A stretch of 64,000 bases of DNA from Planctomycetota bacterium (GCA_030066775.1 JASJAY010000003.1:53-64052), one strand, 5' to 3'. Numbered from the stretch's first letter, positions 33,293 to 43,696 are shown. Notes: generated from the sequence alone by a model not told the origin. Numbers and translations: made by a program.

Positions 33293-36200
33293 GTGGCACG
33301 CATCCCGTGCGTTTCCTGTGGGCAGAGGACCGACGTTCCGCGCCGGCCCGCCGACACCCGCTGTCCGAGCTGCGGCGCCTGGCTCAACGTGCTCCCGTGG
33401 CGTGAGCTGTGGGCCGCGCAGGATCTCCGCGACCGCATTCGTGCGGATCGCGAGCTCCCCGACGACTTCCGCGAGCAGCTCGAGCGGCTGCTCGAGGGCC
33501 GCATCCGGAGGATGCGCGAGGACCTCGCGACCGCCGAGGCGCTCGCGCGCGCGGCGCGCCCCGAGCCGCCGCCCGCCGCAGCGGTCCCGCCACCGCCCAC
33601 GCCGGCGTCGCTGCCCCCGCCGCTCGAGCCGACGGCACCGATCGAGCCGGTGCCGCTCGAGGCACCCGAGCCGCACGATGCGCCCACGCCCGCCCCGACC
33701 CCGGCGCGGCCGCGTGCGCCCACGGTCTGGCAGCGGTTGGGGCCGGCGTTCGCCGAGAACCTCGGGTTCGGGCTGGCGGCCTTCCTGATCGTGGCGGGGG
33801 CCGTCTACTTCACGACCACGGCGTGGACGACGATGTCGGGCGCGCAGCGCTTGATGGTCGTCGCCGGCGGCCTCGTACTCCTGGGCGGGGTGCTGTTCGC
33901 GGCGGCGCGCTTGCTCAACCGCGCCGGCAACCTGCCCGAGGTCGAGCGCACGCTGCTGCTGATCGTCGCGTTCCTCATCCCGATCGCCGCCATCCCCGCC
34001 GGCACGCTGTTCCCGCTCTCGACCTGGCGCGCCCTGCTCGCGACCGGCATCGTCTTCGGCGGCGGGTGGTTCGCGGCCCGGCACCTGGCCCGCGTACTCG
34101 GCGATGCGCACGCCACGTTCCTGCCCTCGGCCCTCATCGCGCTCTCGGCGCTCTCGCTCCTCGGCGGCGCCATGCCGCCCGCCGCGCCCGTCGTCTCGGC
34201 GCTGATCATCGCGCTGTTCTTGATCGGCGTGACGTGGCTCTATGCGCGACGCGTCGTGCCCCGGCTCGAGTCCAAGGACTGGCGCGCGCTGTGGCCCACG
34301 ATCCTCTTCGCGTTCGCCGCGGTCGTCGCCGTCGGTCGGCTCGCGATCGCCGGCCGCGCCACGTGGTCGATGGGGACGTCGCTGTCGACGCTGGGCATCG
34401 TCATCGCGGCGCTCGGGGGCGCCGTCGTCACCTGCGAACCCGCGCTGTACGCACGCCGCCTTCTCGGACGCCGGCGCTCCGCGGTCCTGCTCGTCGTGGC
34501 CATGGCCCTCGGCATCACCGGCACGCTCATGGCGCTCGGCGACGACGTCGGGCTCTTGGTCGCGTCGCTGCTCGGTGCGTACGCGTGTCTGCGCGCCGGC
34601 TTCGCGCTGCCGGTTCCGTGGTTCGCCTTGCCTGGCCTCGTCCTGTCGGCGTTGGCCTACCTCAAGTCGCCTGCGCCCATCCGCGCCGCAGCCTTGCAGC
34701 TTCGCGATCAGGCCGCCGACGCCCTCGGCTACGCGGACCGGCCCATGCCGCTCGCCTGGTACGGCATGACCTTCCTGCCGTACGTGTTCCTCTGCGCGTG
34801 CGCGGGATGGATCCTGCTGCGCCGGGACGAGGCGGCGAAGGCGCGCGTGCTGCTCGCGTGGTCGTTCGTCGCGGCCGTGGGGCTCTCGGCCCTCGCCCTG
34901 TTCGCCAGCGGGGATCCCGTCTTCAGCGATCTGCGTGCCCCGGCTGCGGTGTTCGCTGCGCAGGGCGGGCTGCTGTTGGCCATGGGCGTGGCGCTGCGCG
35001 GCCGCTGGTTCACGTTCGGCGGCGCGGCGGGCGTCATCGCGGGACTCGCGTGCGCCGTGCTGCACTACCGGCCCAGCGCGCCGATCGCGGTGCTCGCGCT
35101 CGCTGCGCTGGGCGTGGTCGCGCTCGGCGCCTGCGCCCGCCTCGCCCGTGAGGGGACCGAGGCGCACACCGCCGTGCGGGCCGGCCTCATCGACGCCACC
35201 GCCTTGCTCACGCTCGTGCTCGTCGTCGTCGCGACGGTCGACGCCCTCACGCTGGCACCGGCCCCGGCCTGGCATGCCCTCGGCCACGTTCTCCTGACCG
35301 TGCTCGTTGCGGCCGTCGCCTTCTCCGTGCGTCGCCCGGAAGGCGTCGCGCTCGCCGGCGTCGCCCTCGGCGCAGCCGGCGTGCGTCTCGTCGCGGGCCT
35401 CGCGCCCGACGCCGGTGGCGATGTCTACTTCCTCGTCCTCGCGCTCGTGTCGGGGGCCGTGCTCCTGGCGCCGCGCGTCGAGCGGTTGCTCCCGGAGGCC
35501 TTGCGGCACCCGCTGCCCGCGGCGCCCGCATCGCTCGGTTCGTGGACGCCCTTCGGCGCGATGGCGATCCAGGTGCTGGGACTCATCCTGCTCCTGCGCT
35601 ACCTGCCCGAACCGGGCTGGACGCTGACCCTGGCCATCGGTCTGCTCGTCGCGGCGGGGGTGCTGGCCACGGCCGCGGCCCGCGAGGCGCAGCCGTGGCC
35701 GCTCTACCCCGGCGTGTGCGAGCTCGTCGCTGCGGGCGTCGTCGCCGGAACGGCGCTCACGTCGGGGCGCTGGTACGGGACGGGAGGACTGCTCGGTACT
35801 GCCGGCTCTCTTGCCCTGGTCTGCGCGCCCTTGCTCTTCGACCGCCCCCGAGCGCTCACCGAGCGCCTGCGCGTTCCGCTGCGTCACCTGCTCCCCGTGC
35901 TCGTCACGGGGTTCGCCGTCTGGGCGTTCGGACTCGTCGTGGCGTGGTGGGCCGGGGAGGCGGCGGACCTGGACGGCTGGCGGCTGCTCGTCGCGGCGCT
36001 GGCCGTTGCGCTCGTCGTGCGCGCCACGCTCGTGCGGCACCTGCGCTCGCACGCGGTTCGCGCGGCGACGCTGTACGCGGGCACGCTCTTCGCGCCCGCG
36101 GCGGCCGGGCCGCTCATCGCGCGCCATCCGGTCGCGACGCACACGTGGGCGCTTGCGTGCCTCGCCGCGGCAGCCGTCACATGGGTCTGGGCCGGCCGGG

Positions 36201-38272
36201 ATCGGCGCATCCGGCCGCCGGCGGTGCTGCACCTCGTGCTGGCGCTCGCGTTCGCCACGTGGTCATCGGCCATGGGGACGGGGGATCCCTACGTCCTGCT
36301 CGGCGCCTTCCTGCTCTGCGCCGGCGGTGGCTGGGTCACCGCGCGGCGCGTACCGGTCCTCGGCTGGTGCCTGCTCCTCGTTGCGCTGCTGCTCGGGATC
36401 TCGATGCCGCTTTGCGCGCGCATCCTCCACGTGGAGCTCACGTACCAGCCGGCGGTCTGGCTCCTCTTCGCGGCCGCGGCGTACGCCGCGCTGGCCGTGC
36501 GCGGCCTGGGCGTCGACGCGCGGGCGGTGCGCATCGTCGCGGATCCGATCCTCTCGCTCGGCGTGATCGGCGCGCTCATGCACGCGGTCCACGTGACCGT
36601 GCTCGAGCCGACGACCGCGCGCGTCGGTGAGGGGTTGCCGATCACCGTCGCGGGATTGCGCGTCGCGGAGGGGGCGCTCGGTCTGGCGGCCCTGGCGCGC
36701 AGCCTGACCCTGCCGTTCCCCGCCTTGGGGCGGCGCACGCTGGCGCTCTTCATCATCGGCATCGTCACCTTCGCGTTCGCGCCGGTGAACATGGCGATCC
36801 ACGGCAGCGATGCCTGGTTCTGGCGGCCGGATGTCGAGCTGGCGCTCATCGCCGTCCTCCTCGCCGCCATCATGCGGCGCGCGGAGCACCCGCGCTTCGA
36901 GGATGGGTCCGGTCGGCTCGGGCAGCGAACGCAGTGGCCGATCCTCTTGGCGCTCGTCGGTGTCGGCCTCACCGTGGCCGAGCTACGCGACCTCAGCACG
37001 CCGCTCACGGTGCTCGGCTTCACCGCCGCGCTCACGATCCTCGTCGTGCGCGATCGCGGGCCGCGTCTCGGGACGCTGGCGGCTGCCGGCACGTTGGCGA
37101 CGGCGTTGGCCTTCGCGTCCTGGTGGCGGCCCATGCCCGGCACGATCCACGAGGGCATTCTGCTCCTCTACGCCGCCGTGTGTGCGCTGGTCGCGCCCCT
37201 GCTCGGGCTGACCGCCCGGCGTCTCACGACCGAGGGCAATCCGCCCTGGCGGGTCCGCACCGGTCGCGAGGTCTACCCCGTGGCGGTCCTCGCCGCGTGC
37301 TTGACCTTCGCATTCGTGATCGCCGACGTCGGGGCCAACGCGGGGCGGCAGGCGTCGGCGCTCGAGGTCGCCCTCGCCGTCATCGGCCTCCTTGCCCCTG
37401 GCCTCGCCGCGGCCTGGGGCGCGCTGCGTGCAAGTCGCCCGCGACTCGTGCACGTCGCGCTGGGCGCGGGCCTCCTCCTCTACACGTTCTTGGTGCAGCG
37501 CACGGCCTCCCTCGACCTGTTCGACGGCTATCACCTGCACGTGCTGACCGCGATCGGGTCGTCGCTCCTGTTCGTCGCCGACCGCCGATCGTCCGCCCTC
37601 GCGCGCCTGCTCGCCATCGACGGAACGCTGCTCGCCGTGCCGGCGGCGGCGCGGTATGCCCCCGCAGCCGTCGGGCTCATGCCCCACGTCGACGGCACGG
37701 CGTCCGCGCTCGCGCTGGCCGCCGTGGCGTCGGCCGCTGCCGCGAAGCGGTTGGCGCTGCCGGCGCTCTACGCTGCCGCCGCCGTGCTCGTGAACCTGAT
37801 GCTGTACTCGTTCTGGCGGCAGAACGGGCTCGTCGACCCGGCGTTCTACGGCATCCCGCCCGGCCTCACGCTGCTCGCCGCCGCGATGCTCCTGCGCGGA
37901 CGCATCTCCTCCCCGGCGCGGCTCGCCCTCGTCGTCCCGGGCCTGGCGCTGCTCTACGGGTCGGTCGCCATCCAGGTCGTGCGCGCGGACGAGCCGGTGC
38001 ACGCGCTGCTGCTCTTCGGCCTCGGGTTCCTCACCGTCGTGCTCGGCTTCTGGGCCCGGCGCAACGCGTGGATGGTGGTCGGCGTCGTCGTCATCGTGCT
38101 CGACGTCGTGACCTATCTCCTCGTACACGGCTTCGAGACGGGGTTCTTCGGGGCGGCGCTCCTCATCGTCGCGGGCCTGGTCGTGATGGCGGTCGCGGCG
38201 ATCACCACCACGCGGCGTCGCCGACAGGCGGCCGCCGATGCCGACGATGCCGAGGGGGCGCGGGATGCTTGA
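33293..38272 (+). CDS. Very large polytopic membrane protein with N-terminal zinc ribbon
   Basis: CVSC...CPSC, Pro-rich linker, then ~1500 aa of near-continuous hydrophobic helices. Confidence 0.75.
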   Translation: MARIPCVSCGQRTDVPRRPADTRCPSCGAWLNVLPWRELWAAQDLRDRIRADRELPDDFREQLERLLEGRIRRMREDLATAEALARAARPEPPPAAAVPPPPTPASLPPPLEPTAPIEPVPLEAPEPHDAPTPAPTPARPRAPTVWQRLGPAFAENLGFGLAAFLIVAGAVYFTTTAWTTMSGAQRLMVVAGGLVLLGGVLFAAARLLNRAGNLPEVERTLLLIVAFLIPIAAIPAGTLFPLSTWRALLATGIVFGGGWFAARHLARVLGDAHATFLPSALIALSALSLLGGAMPPAAPVVSALIIALFLIGVTWLYARRVVPRLESKDWRALWPTILFAFAAVVAVGRLAIAGRATWSMGTSLSTLGIVIAALGGAVVTCEPALYARRLLGRRRSAVLLVVAMALGITGTLMALGDDVGLLVASLLGAYACLRAGFALPVPWFALPGLVLSALAYLKSPAPIRAAALQLRDQAADALGYADRPMPLAWYGMTFLPYVFLCACAGWILLRRDEAAKARVLLAWSFVAAVGLSALALFASGDPVFSDLRAPAAVFAAQGGLLLAMGVALRGRWFTFGGAAGVIAGLACAVLHYRPSAPIAVLALAALGVVALGACARLAREGTEAHTAVRAGLIDATALLTLVLVVVATVDALTLAPAPAWHALGHVLLTVLVAAVAFSVRRPEGVALAGVALGAAGVRLVAGLAPDAGGDVYFLVLALVSGAVLLAPRVERLLPEALRHPLPAAPASLGSWTPFGAMAIQVLGLILLLRYLPEPGWTLTLAIGLLVAAGVLATAAAREAQPWPLYPGVCELVAAGVVAGTALTSGRWYGTGGLLGTAGSLALVCAPLLFDRPRALTERLRVPLRHLLPVLVTGFAVWAFGLVVAWWAGEAADLDGWRLLVAALAVALVVRATLVRHLRSHAVRAATLYAGTLFAPAAAGPLIARHPVATHTWALACLAAAAVTWVWAGRDRRIRPPAVLHLVLALAFATWSSAMGTGDPYVLLGAFLLCAGGGWVTARRVPVLGWCLLLVALLLGISMPLCARILHVELTYQPAVWLLFAAAAYAALAVRGLGVDARAVRIVADPILSLGVIGALMHAVHVTVLEPTTARVGEGLPITVAGLRVAEGALGLAALARSLTLPFPALGRRTLALFIIGIVTFAFAPVNMAIHGSDAWFWRPDVELALIAVLLAAIMRRAEHPRFEDGSGRLGQRTQWPILLALVGVGLTVAELRDLSTPLTVLGFTAALTILVVRDRGPRLGTLAAAGTLATALAFASWWRPMPGTIHEGILLLYAAVCALVAPLLGLTARRLTTEGNPPWRVRTGREVYPVAVLAACLTFAFVIADVGANAGRQASALEVALAVIGLLAPGLAAAWGALRASRPRLVHVALGAGLLLYTFLVQRTASLDLFDGYHLHVLTAIGSSLLFVADRRSSALARLLAIDGTLLAVPAAARYAPAAVGLMPHVDGTASALALAAVASAAAAKRLALPALYAAAAVLVNLMLYSFWRQNGLVDPAFYGIPPGLTLLAAAMLLRGRISSPARLALVVPGLALLYGSVAIQVVRADEPVHALLLFGLGFLTVVLGFWARRNAWMVVGVVVIVLDVVTYLLVHGFETGFFGAALLIVAGLVVMAVAAITTTRRRRQAAADADDAEGARDA

Positions 38273-38975
38273 GCTCCGGTGCCCGGCCTGCGAGTGCGCC
38301 AACGGCGTGACGGGTGAGGTCGACCTCGATGCCATCCGCTGCGCCGCCTGTTCCGCGGCGCTCGATCCGGACCGGTTCGTGCGCTATCGCGTAGACGGCG
38401 AGGGGCGCGCGTGGGGCAACCTGCTTCACCGCGGCCTCGTGATGCGCGCGACCCGTGGAACCCTGGATCGTGACATGCGCATCTCGGAGGAGGGCGGTCC
38501 CTGGTTCCGTGCCGGGGAGCGCCTCGACCTCTTCGCGCGCGCGCCGGGCCCCGTCACGGTGACGCCGTCGCCGCGTCCCCGAAGAGTGCGGCAACGGCAG
38601 ACGGTCCCTCCGTCGGTCGTCACGATGGCCGCGCTCGGCAAGCTGCTCGGCGTCGCACTGTTGCTTCTCGCGATGGCTGCGTTCGGCGTGAGCGCCTCGT
38701 TCGACGCCGGCGGATTGGCCGTCGGCACGTTCGTGCTCTTCGTCGGCCTGGGCGTGGGGCAGATCGCCGTGGCGAACCGTCTGCTGCAGCGCAGCGCCAC
38801 GGCGCGCAACCTGCAGCTCCTGGCCGCGACCTTCGCGGCCGTCGGCTACCTGCTCGTCGTCGCCGACGGGGCCGACGGTTTCTTCGTGCTTCTTGGCGGG
38901 GGCTTCGTCGCGATTCCGTTCCTGCTCCTCTTGCCGCAGGAGGTCCGCGCCTGGTTCGCAGGCGACGACGCCTAG
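38265..38975 (+). CDS. Zinc-ribbon plus 4-TM membrane protein
   Basis: MLELRCPAC...CAAC; C-terminal TMs ending VRAWF; overlaps upstream stop. Confidence 0.65.
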   Translation: MLELRCPACECANGVTGEVDLDAIRCAACSAALDPDRFVRYRVDGEGRAWGNLLHRGLVMRATRGTLDRDMRISEEGGPWFRAGERLDLFARAPGPVTVTPSPRPRRVRQRQTVPPSVVTMAALGKLLGVALLLLAMAAFGVSASFDAGGLAVGTFVLFVGLGVGQIAVANRLLQRSATARNLQLLAATFAAVGYLLVVADGADGFFVLLGGGFVAIPFLLLLPQEVRAWFAGDDA

Positions 38976-39067
38976 GACATCCCGCGCGGTGACCGCTTCC
39001 GCGCGTTGGGGGGCGGCAAGGGCCTTGCTAGACTCCCGCGCCGCGCGGGACGCGCACCAGGAGCCCC

Positions 39068-40546
39068 ATGACGACCACACCGGTGATTCGTGAGTTTTCC
39101 TACTGCCTCGCCCATGTCCCGGAGCTCGTGCAGTACGGCTCGAAGCCCATGCGCGAGATCAGCCGCGATCCGTCGCTAGCCGATCGGATCGTGGCCGCGA
39201 CGCGCTCGTTCGAGGCCGCTGCCGCCTATCCGCCGAACCAGGCCTTCATCGGGCGAATCCGGCCCGAGGAACTCGCTTCGATCGAGCGGCCCTGGTTCGC
39301 GGCCGCAGCGGAGAGCGCCGAACAGGCCAACGAGATGAGCGTGGGGCCCTACGGCGAGATCGTGAGCGAAGCGCTCTTCTACTCGCTTTTGTGGCAGGCC
39401 GACATCCTCTCGCCGCCGCTGTTCGAGGTGCACGACGACGTCGCTCACCGCATGGAGAAGGTCCTGGCGGCGCACCCCGTCTTGCCGGATGCGAGCCCGC
39501 ACCGCGAGCCCTCCGAGGCGGCCGCCGCCGCGGCGCACGACCTCGAGGAGGGGCACCCGCTGCCGCTGATGTTCGACGGGCGTGAGGTGGCGTGGTTCCA
39601 CCGGGACAACCGGGCCGAGGGGCGTGAGGACGAGAACCTCATGGCCCACACCCTGCTCGAGAACCTCTGCACGAAGGCCTCGGGTGCGCTCGCGCTCTCG
39701 TGGCTCCTGCGGCGCGCCGAGCTCGAGCCGGATGCGATCGACTACGTGATCACTTGCGGCGAGGAGGCGGTGGGGGATCGCTATCAGCGCGGCGGCGGCG
39801 GCATGGCCAAGGCCATCGCCCAGATGGTCGGCTGCAGCCGCGCCAGCGGCATGGACGTGAAGAACTTCTGCGCGGCGCCGGCGAACGCCATCCTGACCGC
39901 GTGTGCCTTGGTCAAGGCGGGCCTGCACGAGCGCGTGGCCGTCGTCGGCGGCGGATCGCTGGCGAAGCTCGGCATGAAGTTCCTCTCCTTCCTCGACAAG
40001 GGCGTGCCGATCCTCGACGACTGCCTCGGTGCGATGGCCTTCCTCATCACGAAGGACGACGGCGTCAGCCCGATCGTGCGTCTGGACGAGGGCGCCGTCG
40101 GGCGCGCGCCGATCGGCGCGAGCGCCTCCGACGAGGCCGTGTACCGCAGTCTCGTGGTCGAGCCGCTGTCCGCGTTGGGGCTCACGATCCCCGACGTCGA
40201 TCGGTTTGCGCCCGAGCTGCAGAACCCCGAGATCATGGAGCACGCCGGCTCCGGCGATGTCGCGCGGAAGAACTACCGCAAGATCGCTGCGATGGCCGTC
40301 ATGTCGGGTCAGCTCGAGAAGAAGGAGATGAAGTCCTTCGTCGAGCGCGTCGGCATGTCCGGCTTCGCGCCGACCCAGGGCCACATCCCTTCCGCCGTGC
40401 CGTACCTCGGCCATGCCATCGACGCCCTGCGCAGCGGAGACATCCAGCGCGCCATGTTCGTGGGCAAGGCCAGCCTGTTCCTGGGACGCTGCACCGATCT
40501 CTTCGACGGCGTCTCCTTCTTGCTAGAACCCAACCCCGCCGCCTGA
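39068..40546 (+). CDS. grdC: Glycine/sarcosine/betaine reductase component C beta subunit
   Basis: YPPNQAFIG, LLENLCTKASG, CGEEAVGDRYQRGGG.MAKAIA, FCAAP, GGGSLAKLGM, GFAPTQGHIPS, DGVSF. Confidence 0.93.
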   Translation: MTTTPVIREFSYCLAHVPELVQYGSKPMREISRDPSLADRIVAATRSFEAAAAYPPNQAFIGRIRPEELASIERPWFAAAAESAEQANEMSVGPYGEIVSEALFYSLLWQADILSPPLFEVHDDVAHRMEKVLAAHPVLPDASPHREPSEAAAAAAHDLEEGHPLPLMFDGREVAWFHRDNRAEGREDENLMAHTLLENLCTKASGALALSWLLRRAELEPDAIDYVITCGEEAVGDRYQRGGGGMAKAIAQMVGCSRASGMDVKNFCAAPANAILTACALVKAGLHERVAVVGGGSLAKLGMKFLSFLDKGVPILDDCLGAMAFLITKDDGVSPIVRLDEGAVGRAPIGASASDEAVYRSLVVEPLSALGLTIPDVDRFAPELQNPEIMEHAGSGDVARKNYRKIAAMAVMSGQLEKKEMKSFVERVGMSGFAPTQGHIPSAVPYLGHAIDALRSGDIQRAMFVGKASLFLGRCTDLFDGVSFLLEPNPAA

Positions 40547-40558
40547 CCAGGAGCACCC

Positions 40559-41023
40559 ATGTCGGACACCATCAAGGGCTTGAAGGCCATTGTCTTCGGG
40601 GAGCGCGACGACGTCGCCGGTCCCGCCATTCGCGCGTGCCTGGAGGCCGCGGGGGCGGAGATCGTCCACGAGAACACCGCCTGCTTCGTGTGAACGGCAG
40701 CCGGCGCCGCGGGTCTCGCGGAGCAGGAAACCGTCAAGAAGATCGCCGAGACGCACGACCCGTCGTCGTTGGTCGTCGTGCTCGGTCTGAACGAGCCGGC
40801 CGCGCTCAAGATCATGGCGACGACGTACAAGCACGGGGATCCGAGCTTTGCCGGCGTGCTCGCCGGGGTCGCGCTCGGGATCCCGAGCTACCACGTCCTC
40901 GAGCTGAAGGACCAGGTGCCCGACGAGGTGTGGTCGGATCAGCTCGGCATGGTCGAGCTGGAGCTCGAAGACGAGGAAGTCGAGGCGATCACCGCTGCGA
41001 TGACCGAAGTCCGCGGTAGCTAG
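40559..41023 (+). CDS. grdA: Reductase selenoprotein A (Sec at codon 45, TGA 40691-40693)
   Basis: ATG after AGGAG; GERDD, ACFV-U-TAAGA (CxxU), GDPSFAGVLAGVALG..YHV; frame continues through TGA. Confidence 0.95.
40707..40721 (+). promoter_or_regulatory. Bacterial SECIS hairpin of grdA
   Basis: CCGCG-GGTCT-CGCGG; loop at +19..+23 after UGA. Confidence 0.8.
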
Positions 41024-41037
41024 CGTTCGTTTCGAGC

Positions 41038-42369
41038 CTAGACCGGGGTCGGCTCGAACACGGTCTGGGCATCGATCGAGGTCGTGAGGGCGTCCAGCGC
41101 CCGCTCGACCAGCCGCCGCCGCAGCGCCCGCTCGTCGTCCGCGGACAGCGACGGGTCGCCCAGGGGGTGCGGGATCGCGATCGACGGCACGATGCGGTTG
41201 GCACCGACTGTCTTCGAGATCGGGACGATCGAACAGACGTGAACGGTGGGGATGCCCGCCCGCTCGATCTCCTTGACCAGCGTTGCACCGCAACGCGTGC
41301 ACGTGCCTCAGGTCGACGTCAGGATCACCGCCTGGACCTGGGCCTCCTTCAGCTGCGCCGCGATCTCGGCGCCGAACTTGCGTGCGCGCTCGACCGACGT
41401 CGCGTTGCCGACCGTTGCGTAGTACGTCTCGTGCAGGTCGCCGATGCGGCCCTCGGCCACGAGCTCGCGGACGACGTCCAGCGGCAGCACGCGGTTCGGG
41501 TCCTCGAAGGCGTAGGTCGGGTCGTAGCCGCCGTGCACCGTCGTGTGCGTCTGGCTCGACAGGCGCTCGAGCCCGGTGATGTCGTAGGCGCCGAAGCGGC
41601 TGGCATCCGCCGACTCGATCCGGTCCGGGTTGCCGCGCGGCACGATGCCGCCGCTCGTGACGAACGCCACGCGGCACGACGAGAGGTCGGGCGCGGCCGG
41701 TGCCGGCGGAACGCGCTCGAAGAGGGGCATCTCGTATTCGGTCTCGAACGGCTCGCCGGCCAGCTTCTTCATCAGCATGGCCACCGCGCGCACGGCGCCG
41801 GTCTCCCCGGCGAACTCGTTCTGGCGGATCCCGCGGGTGAGCGTTCCATCGGCGCTGGGCACCAGCGGCTCGCCGGCGGCCAGCTTCTTGCCGACCCGCG
41901 CCAGACCCTCCATGGCGGCGGGCATGCCGAGCACGTCCCGACCGGCCTCGACGATCGGGACCGTCCGCCGGAATGCGTCGGCGCCGGGGTTCTCGGGATG
42001 GAGGGCGGTCACGGCAGGGAGCCCGATGCGCTCGGCCACGGCGGCGCACACCGATCCGCAGGCCAGGCCGTAGCGGCCGGCGAAGAAGGCCGGACCCGCG
42101 ACGAGCAGCGCGGGCGGTTCGTCGCCGGCGTCGATCACGCCCCGAACGAGGTCCACCACGGCGCCGACGGCCGCATCGCCGCCGTCCATCATGTGGTCGT
42201 CGCCTGCGATGATCGTCGCCACGATCTCGAGGTCCGGGTCCAGCTGCATCAGGAGGAGCCCGGGCCCCTTCGCCCCGTCGATGACGGACGGCGCGACGCC
42301 GGCCTGATCTTCTCCGCCCAGCCCACCGAAGAACTGGTTCAGGTAGTGGATGACGCGCACACGGCCCAT
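41038..42369 (-). CDS. grdB: Reductase selenoprotein B (Sec at codon 354, TGA 41310-41308)
   Basis: HYLNQFFGG.GGED, GPAFFAGRYG, VILTST-U-GTCTRCGATLVKEIERAGIP (UxxCxxC), GANRIV..IPHPLGDP; ends TAG 41038. Confidence 0.95.
41280..41296 (-). promoter_or_regulatory. Bacterial SECIS hairpin of grdB
   Basis: GCGTTGC-GGT-GCAACGC perfect 7-bp stem; loop at +19..+21 after UGA. Confidence 0.8.
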
Positions 42370-42371
42370 CG

Positions 42372-43610
42372 TTACACCTCCCGCGCCCGCAGGCGGCTGA
42401 AGCCGAGCTCGTTCGTCGATCCCATCATGGCCTGCAGCTCGACCGTCAGCCCGCCGTCCTCGCGAAGCGTCGTCGGCAGGCCGCCCGCGAGCCGCTCGAC
42501 CGAGGCGATCGGGCCGATCGTGCGCTCCATCGGCGGCAGCACGAGGACCTCGTTGGCGTTGCCGGTCGAGACGACGGCGTTCGCTTCGATCGTGGCGTCG
42601 GCCAGGGACTGCGAGCCGCCGTCCTCGCCCGCGTACTCGTCGGTGATCGCGACCGTGCGGATCCCTGCCTGCTCCAGGCCGCGGATGATCATCATGAGGT
42701 CCGCATCGGGATTGCCGAAGCCCTCCTTGGAGATCACCGCCGCGTCGAGATCGAGCTCCTTGGCGAGCAGCAGCACGCCCTCCGCTGCTTTCGTCTTGTC
42801 GGCGAGCCGCACTGGCTCGGTCGAGAGCACGATCCCAGCGAACGACAGGTCGGTCCCGTGTCGCCGGAACAGCTCGCGGACGACCGGGTTGTTCTGGTGG
42901 TGGTACGTCGTGTTCTTATCGCACGCGCTCACGCAGTTCCCGGACACGATGGCGTCGTCCAGCACCACCTCGGGGCTGACGATGCGCGGCAGGTCCGCCT
43001 GACGGGCGTTCACGCCGAGCACATACGTGTCGTGCAGGAGCCCCTGGTTCTGCAGCAGGTACACGTAGCCGACACGAGGCAGCTTCGGGTCGCTGATGCC
43101 GCTGTCGTACGTCGTGAACGACGGGGCCGGCGCCGTCCGGGCTGTCTCGGCGAGCCACCGGGCCGCGTGCGATGACGCCATGCGCAGCACTTCCTCGTGG
43201 GCATGCAGCTCGAGCCCGGGCTCGACCTCGACTTCCAGCACGATCAGGTCGAGCGCGGAGAAGGGCGTGTAGGCGGCGCCGGGGCCGCTCATGTCGATGA
43301 TCCCTTCCTGGAACCCGACGATCGGCCCGCAGCTGACGACCGCCACGCCGGAGAGCGCGAGCATGCGCCCTTCACCGGGACGCTCGCCCTCGAGCTTGAC
43401 GCGCGGCTGCACGACGTCCTTCGTGCACACGATGCGTGTCGACGACCCCGAGGAAGCGAGGTGCACGCGTAGCTCCCGGATGCGGTCGTCCGCCGCCTTG
43501 AGCTCCCGGGCCAGGTCGTCCGCGCTCACCGTGAGGCGCGCGCCGTCCAGCGCCGTGCGCTCACCGAGCGCGACGTCGTCGACTTGAATGATGCCGATCT
43601 CGAATGCCAT
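42372..43610 (-). CDS. grdE: Reductase component B proprotein (GrdE-like, pyruvoyl-forming)
   Basis: KDVVQPR, FQEGIIDMSGPGA.YTPFS, QGLLHDTY, VSGNCVSACDKN, EGFGNPDAD, TDEYAG.DG.SQSLAD. Confidence 0.92.
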   Translation of the reverse strand: MAFEIGIIQVDDVALGERTALDGARLTVSADDLARELKAADDRIRELRVHLASSGSSTRIVCTKDVVQPRVKLEGERPGEGRMLALSGVAVVSCGPIVGFQEGIIDMSGPGAAYTPFSALDLIVLEVEVEPGLELHAHEEVLRMASSHAARWLAETARTAPAPSFTTYDSGISDPKLPRVGYVYLLQNQGLLHDTYVLGVNARQADLPRIVSPEVVLDDAIVSGNCVSACDKNTTYHHQNNPVVRELFRRHGTDLSFAGIVLSTEPVRLADKTKAAEGVLLLAKELDLDAAVISKEGFGNPDADLMMIIRGLEQAGIRTVAITDEYAGEDGGSQSLADATIEANAVVSTGNANEVLVLPPMERTIGPIASVERLAGGLPTTLREDGGLTVELQAMMGSTNELGFSRLRAREV

Positions 43611-43696
43611 GGCGGCAGACCCTACTCCGTCCGTCCCGCGTGCGGCGAGGATCGGACGTCAGATCACGGTGCGATGTCCTGCCTTTGCGGCGCTGC

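Noticed and set aside
40544..40561. grdC TGA in frame with grdA, allowing a readthrough fusion
   Set aside because: grdA has its own AGGAG SD, GrdC is already complete, and no SECIS-like hairpin is evident at the +20 register.
40559..42369. grdA and grdB as pseudogenes with premature stops
   Set aside because: The stops fall exactly at the known Sec positions (CxxU, UxxCxxC) and are followed by SECIS hairpins.
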